DNA of 63,094 nucleotides, counting the filler, from Octopus bimaculoides (lineage: Eukaryota): the NCBI RefSeq assembly GCF_001194135.2. It is 3 parts of 2 records of this genome, joined end to end, with 100 filler letters (N's around TTAATTAATTAA, not from the genome) between each part and the next. Parts side by side here need not be neighbours in the genome. Positions count along the whole stretch, not along the records: positions 41,951 to 63,094 come from NC_068991.1; 2 more parts are not named here. One strand, written 5' to 3'. The notes beneath the pieces are model-generated. The model did no database searches, was not told the DNA's origin, and saw nothing but the letters and a program-made list of their open reading frames with translations. Shown here piece by piece: positions 55,354-63,094 of the stretch. A program made the translations under genes and the position numbers. Every line of letters begins with the position of its first letter. The stretch's first letter is position 1.

Positions 55354-55573
55354 AGAGAATGTATCAGCATTCACGTTGGACAAGCTGGAGTCCAAATTGG
55401 TAACGCTTGTTGGGAGCTCTATTGTCTTGAACATGGTATTCAGCCAAATGGTCAGGTATCATTTGAAGAGTCTTCTGGTGCTAATGATTCGTCTAGCACG
55501 TTCTTTCATGAGTTAGGCTCTGGAAAACGTGTCCCCAGAGCCACATTTATTGATTTAGAACCCTCAGTTGTTG
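55354..55573 (+). CDS. TUBA: Alpha-tubulin coding exon 2
   Basis: Acceptor cttctttttcag. Translates [73 protein letters not shown]. Phase-1 donor G|GTAAGT. Confidence 0.96.
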
Positions 55574-56094
55574 GTAAGTGTAAACGTTTCATAATTGTTT
55601 TTAGAGTAAATTAAACAACGAATTGACAGATCACGCATTTAATGTTCTGGTTAATCAATCTTCTGTATTTTCCTGTATTGGAAAAATTTCAAAGATTTGT
55701 GTCGAGATGAAGCAGTGGTTCGTTTTTGTTGTCCCCAAACGCCGCTAGAAAATTTAATTTTTTTAGATATTGAGGAAATATTTCAAAATTGTGCTCTATA
55801 ACGAAACTGGTTGCAGTAGTAAAATGCTTCTCAAATCGGTTAAATGTGACTAGACTAGTGAAATTCTGTAAATGTATCCCTTATTTGAATATAAATGTTA
55901 GAAATATATTAAGGAATTAAGTCCATACATGAAATTTATCTATGGACTTGGTTTTTTTTATTCAATTGAACAGCTGATAAAGCAAATTATACGAAAATAT
56001 GTTTTAGTAATCTCTACATTTTATGCTTTTCTGACCATCTTTCAATAATATTGATATTGCCGGTTTAATATGCTTATTACTCAATATTTTCCAG

Positions 56095-57218
56095 ATCAAG
56101 TACGCGTTGGAAAATACAGCCGCTTATTTCACCCGGATCAACTCATCAGTGGTAAAGAGGACGCAGCCAATAATTATGCCAGGGGTCACTATACTATTGG
56201 CAAGGAAATCGCTGATTTGGTTTGTGACCAAATTCATAAACTAACTGAACAATGCTCTAGCCTCCAAGGCTTCTTGATTTTTCATAGCTTCGGTGGCGGC
56301 ACTGGTTCTGGTTTTACATCTCTATTAATAGAGCGTCTGAGTATTCACTTTGGTAAAAAGACAAAGCTCCAATTTTCAGTCTACCCAGCACCACGAATTT
56401 CTACAGCTGTAGTAGAACCGTACAATTCCGTCTTGACCTCTCATAGCACTCTAGAGCATTGTGATTGCGCTTTTATGGTCGACAATGAAGCAATTTATGA
56501 TATCTGTAAAAAGTATTTAGGCGTTGGGTATCCAACATATATGAACCTTAATCGTCCCATTGCTCAAGTAGTGAGTTCTATTACTGCTTCTCTAAGGTTT
56601 TATGGGTCCCTTAATGTTGATTTAAACGAGTTTCAAACCAACCTGGTACCTTATCCACGTATTCATTTCCCATTGATTACGTATGCACCAATACTATCTG
56701 TTGAGAAAGCGTTCCATGAACAGTTAATCGTTTCTGAAATAACAAACGCGTGCTTTGAAACCGGTAATCAGATGGTTAAATGTGACCCTCATCGTGGAAA
56801 ATACATGGCTTGCTGTCTGTTGTACCGAGGCGATGTGGTCTCGAAAGATGTTAACGCTGCTATTGCAGCAATTAAGAAGAAAAAATCCATCAAGTTTGTG
56901 GATTGGTGCCCAACAGGGTTTAAAGTTGGTATCAATTACCAACCCCCGACCGTTGTCCCTGGAGGAGATATGGCCAAGGTCCAACGGGCCGTGTGTATGC
57001 TGAGCAATACGACAGCTATTGCTGAAGCTTGGGCCCGTCTGAATTATAAATTTGACTTGATGTATGCCAAGCGAGCTTTTATTCATTGGTATGTTAGTGA
57101 AGGTATGGAGGAAGGTGAGTTTTCGGAAGCGCGCGAAGATATGGCTGCGCTGGAGAAAGATTACGAAGAAATTGCTATTGACACAGCGGAAACAGAAGAT
57201 GAGGTCGAAGAATATTGA
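56095..57218 (+). CDS. TUBA: Alpha-tubulin coding exon 3 (terminal)
   Basis: Acceptor attttccag, phase matches exon 2 (G|AT = Asp). Contains [45 protein letters not shown] and ends in EEY-stop. Spliced CDS is 1347 nt = 448 aa. Confidence 0.97.
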
Positions 57219-57358
57219 ATATTATATATAAAACTTTATTGCAAATCGATTGAGATGTATATTATACACATGTGAATGTGTTGCTCCACTATTAAACTAA
57301 CGAATCATTTTGAGATATTAAAATCGCATTGTTTTCCTGTTTTATGTTGCATATTCGA

Positions 57359-57364
57359 AATAAA
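57359..57364 (+). promoter_or_regulatory. Probable polyadenylation signal of the alpha-tubulin gene
   Basis: AATAAA about 140 nt after the stop codon, followed by T-rich sequence. Confidence 0.5.
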
Positions 57365-59148
57365 GACATTTTTAAAACTTTTTTCGAATTTATTTGAAAC
57401 ATTAGCAAGACATAAGAATTTTTTTTTTTTTTTTTTTTTTTTTTTCGTATCTAATTCATGAAACGTTTTGTATCAGAAGCAGTCGCATGCCTTATAGATA
57501 AAATTTAGATTTAGGGGACATTTTCTGTTAGGAAATGTTAATTATTTTTGGTACAACAACACCAGGTTTAAGGGGTGGGGTAAATCAATTAAGTCAACTC
57601 CAGTAGCCCAACTACTACTGATGTTATAAACCGTGAACGGCGAATTCGTTCTCAGGTGAATTTGAACTCTGAGCGTAAAGGACGAAATGCAGGCTAGCGA
57701 TTCTGCCGCATCACTACGTTTTTTAATGCCAACAACGACAATGCCCCTACAATTATGTATTTCCCTCACAGCAAAAGTTACGAAGTGTATCGTAAGCAGC
57801 TTTTGAAATATCCGTTGATCCTTTGTTAGATTAATGTTTAGCGAAGCTATGTATGTTGCATTTCATGTTTGATATTCAGAAAACTCTTTCGAAAATAATC
57901 GGCCATTTCTCGTTACAGACAAAGGAAATCATGAAATTAGAATGAAAATATGTTTTGTTACCAATAAAGTTAAACTGAGTTTTAAGGGTATTAATGATAT
58001 ATATCCGCTCTCATGCCTGTATTTTGCACAACAGAAAAGCTACCTAATTTAATTACTGAACGTTAAGACTCAAGGATACATGAGAAAAAATACGCACACA
58101 AAAAAAAATTGTCTTAGGATGTTTCTGACGCAATGGATGGTAGTGGTGTTAATTATTGTTTACAGTATTCAGATTGCATGATACTGCGTCTTGCGTATAT
58201 TGAAAAGATGCAGAAATAAACTATGCACTGGTTTCTGTTGTTTAAGACGACTGCTTGCTGCTGGAATAAAACGGAAAAATTGAAATAAAACTTTCATAAT
58301 ACTAATTCTGGATGTTCTCAAAAAACTTCTTTATAAATCATTTAGTGCCGTACTTCGTGTGTTCGCCTGTGGATATATTTGATATCTTTTTGTGGGTGAT
58401 CTCGAAGCACAAGAAGCTATGAACAGCGATTAAATAGTTTGAAAAAAGCGTTTGGCTAGAAAAAAGTCGATTGCTGCTCGTTAAGAATGGCCATTAATTG
58501 CATTAATTCATATTGTATAAATAAATAACCGCGTCAGATTAAGGCGAGGAGGGGTTGACTTCCACTGAAAAAAATAGTGATTGATTATTAAAGTAAATCG
58601 GCGACCTGGAAGAATCGTTAGCACGTCGATAATATGACTGGAGTAATTTCTTCCGGTTCTTTACATTCTGCGTTCAAATTCCAACGAGGCCAACTTTGCT
58701 TTTCATTTCAAGGTGGATAAAATAAAGTACCAGTCGAGCACTGGAGTCGATGTAATCGATTGCCCCTCTGCTCAAAGTTGCTGGCCTTGTGCAAAATTTA
58801 GAAAATTATATAATAAACGCCAATTACAAGCAAAAACGAGAAACGTCGTCAGGGGATGTATTTCTTTACTCTGTTCCAAAATAGTTCTGATTAAGGTCAC
58901 TTAATATTGAACATCTCAGCAGTAAATTCATTCATAAATTTGAGTCCTGGTATTCTTTGTATCATGAATGTTGAATCGCAATGAGACACCTTCTGTATTT
59001 ACATCACAATATATTTACGCAAACATTTTAGCACACCCTACAACGTCAGAGGTTTATATAATGCGTGCTTGTATATAGACGGCGGACCAAAGTTCATGCC
59101 CCAAAACATGACATTTTATTTATTTTACATTATTACTACTATTATTAG

Positions 59149-59504
59149 TGGAGGCGCAATGGCCCAGTGGTTAGGGCAGCGGACTCGCGGTCATAGGATC
59201 GCGGTGAGTGTTTATTGAGCGAAAACACCTAAAGTTCCACGAGGCTCCAGCAGGGGATGGTGGCGAACCCTGCTGTACTCTTTCACCACAACTTTCTCTC
59301 ATTCTTTCTTCCTGTTTCTGTTGTACCTGTATTTCAAAGGGCCAGCCATGTCACACTGTGCCACGCTGAATCTCCCCGAGAACTACGTTAAAGTGTACAC
59401 GTGTCTGTGGAGTGCTCAGCCACTTGCACGTTAATTTCACGAGCAGGCTGTTCTGTTGATCGGATCAACTGGAACCATCGACGTCGTAAGCGACGGAGTG
59501 CCAA
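59149..59504 (+). mobile_element. Near full-length tRNA-derived SINE
   Basis: A-box TGGCCCAGTGG head (B-box deleted in this copy); flanked by ctattatta on both sides. Confidence 0.9.
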
Positions 59505-59863
59505 CTATTATTATTTACTAAGGTAGAGAGCTGGTAATAATCGTTAACATGCTGGGCAAAATGCTTAGCAGTNNNNNNNNNNNNNNNNNNNNNNNNNNNN
59601 NNNNNNNNNNNNNNNNNNNNNNNNNNNNNNNNNNNNNNNNNNNNNNNNNNNNNNNNNNNNNNNNNNNNNNNNNNNNNNNNNNNNNNNNNNNNNNNNNNNN
59701 NNNNNNNNNNNNNNNNNNNNNNNNNNNNNNNNNNNNNNNNNNNNNNNNNNNNNNNNNNNNNNNNTATATATATATATATATATATATATCTGTGTACACT
59801 TGTATACAAAGATATATCTGTATCTAAGTATATATCAGCCACTGATAGACATATATGTATAGT

Positions 59864-60300
59864 ACGTGGCTGTGTGGTAAGTAGCTTGCGTCCCAGCCCC
59901 ATGGTTTCGGGTCCAGTCCCACTGCGTGCCACCTTGGGCAATTGTCTTCTGCTATAGCTTCGGGCAGACCAAAACCTTGTGAGGAGATTTGGTAGACGGA
60001 AACTGAAAGAAGTTCATCGTGTGTGTATATATATATATGTATATGTATGTATATATTTATGTGTGTCTTTGTGTCTGTGTTTGTCTCCCCTCCCCCACCA
60101 TTGCTTGACAACCGATGTTGGTGTGTTTATATCCATGCAACTTAGCGGTTCCGCGAAAGAGACCGATAGAATGAGTACTAGGCTTACAAAGAATAAGTCT
60201 TGGAGTCGATTCCTTCGTCTAAAATGCCTTTTGAGGCGGTGCTTCAGCATGGCTGCAGTCAAATGACTGACACAAATAAAAGAATAAAAGAATAGTATAC
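59864..60300 (+). mobile_element. SINE (gctgtgtggtaagtagctt family) with internal microsatellite
   Basis: Head gtggctgtgtggtaagtagcttgc...ggtccagtcccactgcgtg; tail cagcatggctgcagtcaaatgactga.acaaataaaagaataaaagaa. Confidence 0.85.
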
Positions 60301-60618
60301 ACGCAATATAATTCCATCTTCGGGCATGAATTAATACAGACGTATTTCCTGATGTTCTGATGTTTCGTTACATATTTAAGAGCAACAACAGCAGCGACAA
60401 CAGGGATGAAGAAAAGCTGAGATAGAAAAGGAAAGGAGACGAGAAGAGAAAATGAGATGAGAGAGACGAAAGAGAAAGAAAACGTTTGGGAAAGACTATT
60501 CTAGACGCATGGGAAGGGGTCCATCTCTTCCCCGGATGCCGAGAGATACACAAGCGCTTACTTCACAATCGATTTCCAAATATGTCAATTTAACAGCCTT
60601 AACGAAGACTGTGTACAT

Positions 60619-60935
60619 CAGAGGTTCTAAACCGGTGTCCATATATGATTTTGGATGGCCCACGCATGCAATATAATAAATTGGGGGTCAACAGTAATTT
60701 TTCAGAGGCCATGAAAAGATTGTGCTTCAGATCAGTAAAGTTTATCTGCAGTAAATGGGTTTTACGTGCACATTGCACAAAATATTTTAACAATTTTTTT
60801 TTACACAATTCTTAATAAGATTTAATTATAAATTACAATGCGATTTTTTAAACATCGAAAGGCTATGGAGGTCGAACCAAGGGAAATAAAAATCAAAGGG
60901 GTTCATAGATAAAAAGAAATGGTTGAGAACTTCTG
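60619..60935. mobile_element. hAT-type MITE
   Basis: TIRs CAGAGGTTCTAAACC / GGTTGAGAACTTCTG; 8-bp TSD gtgtacat / gtgtacac. Confidence 0.85.
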
Positions 60936-61741
60936 GTGTACACGATGTGTTCACTAGGAAGAAATAAGACCTGAAGATTTTCGGAGTGATCGGGTGCTCT
61001 GATCCCACCTAGAATCTTGTGAGGATTACCTAGTTTGAGTGTGACAAACAAGTCGTCCCCAAACAAAGAATAAAAAGAAAACTCAACATAAAAGGTGGAA
61101 AAACGGGTGAGGATGAGCTATTTCTTCAAAACGACAATAATACTCTTTCTCGGGAAAATAACGGAGAAAAATGAAGATGATGGAGACGAACTAAGATTCG
61201 CCATCCTTCGGATATCAAACAAAGAATTAATAGACAGAATTGTACATCTGTGGTGATATAGACTTTCCAGAGAATTCATAATGATACAAAAGCAGTTAGA
61301 TTTATAAGTGACGTACGAATAACAGATTATTACTAACATTAAAACGTTACGATGCTTACTGATGTTTCTCGTTGCACTCGAGAATTTATGGACCCAATCT
61401 CGCCAGTAATCATTCATATTTTATTTCACATTAAACTACGTGGAGTCCCCTAGCGGACTTATAATATTTATTTGGATTAGAAGTTTAAATGAGAAATTAA
61501 GGAAGAAAAGGGGAGATAGAATATACATATATTCTTTTATTATTTGCTTACTAATTACGAAGTACTTAAAATTCATAGTCTTTGGTAATCATGTATAGAA
61601 ACATTACTTTTTTTGTAAGAAATCTTCAACATAATGATTATACGTGGGCGTGGCTGTATGGTAAGAAGTCTGCTTCCCAACCACATTGTTCCAGGCTCTA
61701 TCCCACAGTGTGGCATCTACAGGATGAGTGGAGGGGAAGAG

Positions 61742-61753
61742 AATAATAATGAT

Positions 61754-61794
<41 letters not shown>

Positions 61795-61991
61795 TAATAA
61801 TAATAATAATAATGATAAGAAGAAGAAGAAGAAGGATGATAATGAATAGTTAGAAAGAGAAGAGGAGGGAGATGAGAACCAAAATACGCGAGGAAATTCA
61901 CTTGAGAAAAAAGAAAAGAAAGAATGATGAAAACGAAAGAAAGAATAGAAGATAATACGAAAGAAGAACAATGAATGATAGATAATAAGGA

Positions 61992-62035
<44 letters not shown>

Positions 62036-62285
62036 AAAGAAGAAAGAAAGAAAGAAAGACAAAGCAAAGTAGAAAAATAAGAGGAAAGAGAAATAAATAA
62101 AAGAAGGAAAAATAAAGGAATGGAAGATAGAAAGAAACAATGAAAGAAAGAGAAAAGGATGGGGTAAGAAAAGCAGAAAGATAGAAGGAACATAAGAAAG
62201 AGCTATGCAAAGAAAGACGAACGACAAAAAAGGAGAAGGAAAAGAAAGGAAAGGAAAGAAGAAATGAAGAAAAAATGAAAGATGT
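61742..62285. repeat. (AAT)n followed by purine-rich (AAAG)n low-complexity tract
   Basis: Directly visible; source of several spurious ORFs. Confidence 0.95.
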
Positions 62286-63094
62286 AAGTATAATTCGTTG
62301 ATAAGAAGTTCAGTAGAGGCAAATGGTGCCGAAAGTGTTCATGTACATATATTCTATAATTTTAGTTTCCGTTTGTTTTGTTTTTTAAATAACTTTTTGT
62401 GTTTTTGGAATTGGTTTGAAGAGCTGTCTGAGATAAGACTAACAATTCTGGAGACCAAAGTTGCTGGAAATTACAGTCAAATAACTTAATCAGTTCTTTT
62501 ATTTTAATTGTAGCTTGGTGGCAACGGAGACGGCAGAGGGAGATTGTTAGAAGTTATATTATTGTTATTGGTATTCTTGTTGATTTTTATTTTTATTCAT
62601 GTTATTACTGATGTCGTTCATGTTGTTGGTATTGCTGGTATTGTTGGTACTTTTGTTGTTTTTTTATTTGTGCTGTTGACGGTGGTGGTAATTCCTTTGG
62701 TGAGGCTATAATTGCTGTTGTTGTAATTCGTATTTTTTTATGTTGGTGATGGTGACGATGATTATGATGGTGGTGGTTGTAGTGGTGGGGGGAGGTAGCA
62801 GTGGAAGTGGTAATGAAATGCATATGATTTTGGTGGTAATGTTGACGATCATTTAGGGGTACACAATGAAGATGATGACAATGATGATGAAGAGGAAGAG
62901 GAAGAGGAGGAGGAGGAGGAGGAGGTGGAAGACGAAAGGGCAGGGGGAAGAAAAGGATACTGAGGACAATGTTATCGTTAAGTTTTTTTTTACTATCCTT
63001 CGGACTGATTGGTTTAATGTTATACAGATTTTTATGTACATGCATACACATAGATACGCACACACAGACACACACAAACATATATATATATATA

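Noticed and set aside
56070-56094. ORF-track start MLITQYFP for the tubulin
   Set aside because: This is intronic sequence upstream of the acceptor at 56094; the true N-terminus comes from exons 1-2.
56724-57086. Antisense 120-aa ORF and alternate-frame 82-aa ORF over the tubulin
   Set aside because: Shadow frames of a real coding exon.

Overview
AT-rich, microsatellite- and SINE-dense animal genomic DNA with many assembly gaps. The repeat content looks cephalopod, probably Octopus; that is inference, not shown by the sequence. One host gene is well supported: a three-exon, intact but divergent alpha-tubulin on the + strand (ATG-only exon 53984-53986, then 55354-55573 and 56095-57218; 448 aa). 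It keeps the MREC start, GGGTGSG and C-terminal EEY, but has no Lys40. The rest is mostly decayed transposons: Penelope-like, two mariners, a DD37D (maT) Tc1/mariner, CR1/L2-like and R4/Dong-like LINEs, Helitron and Helentron pieces, a hAT MITE, a foldback-like element and many tRNA-derived SINEs. The most interesting structure lies just upstream of the tubulin: two divergent, oppositely oriented members of a non-LTR retroelement family that appears to carry only ORF1 (no endonuclease/RT). Both have target-site duplications, a shared C-terminal domain and shared 3'-UTR motifs. The larger copy sits inside a Helentron-type element and is itself interrupted by a Helitron fragment carrying a GGAAAGTTCC satellite. 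Scattered possible exons of unidentified genes are low confidence. Most entries in the ORF track are microsatellite or N-gap artefacts.
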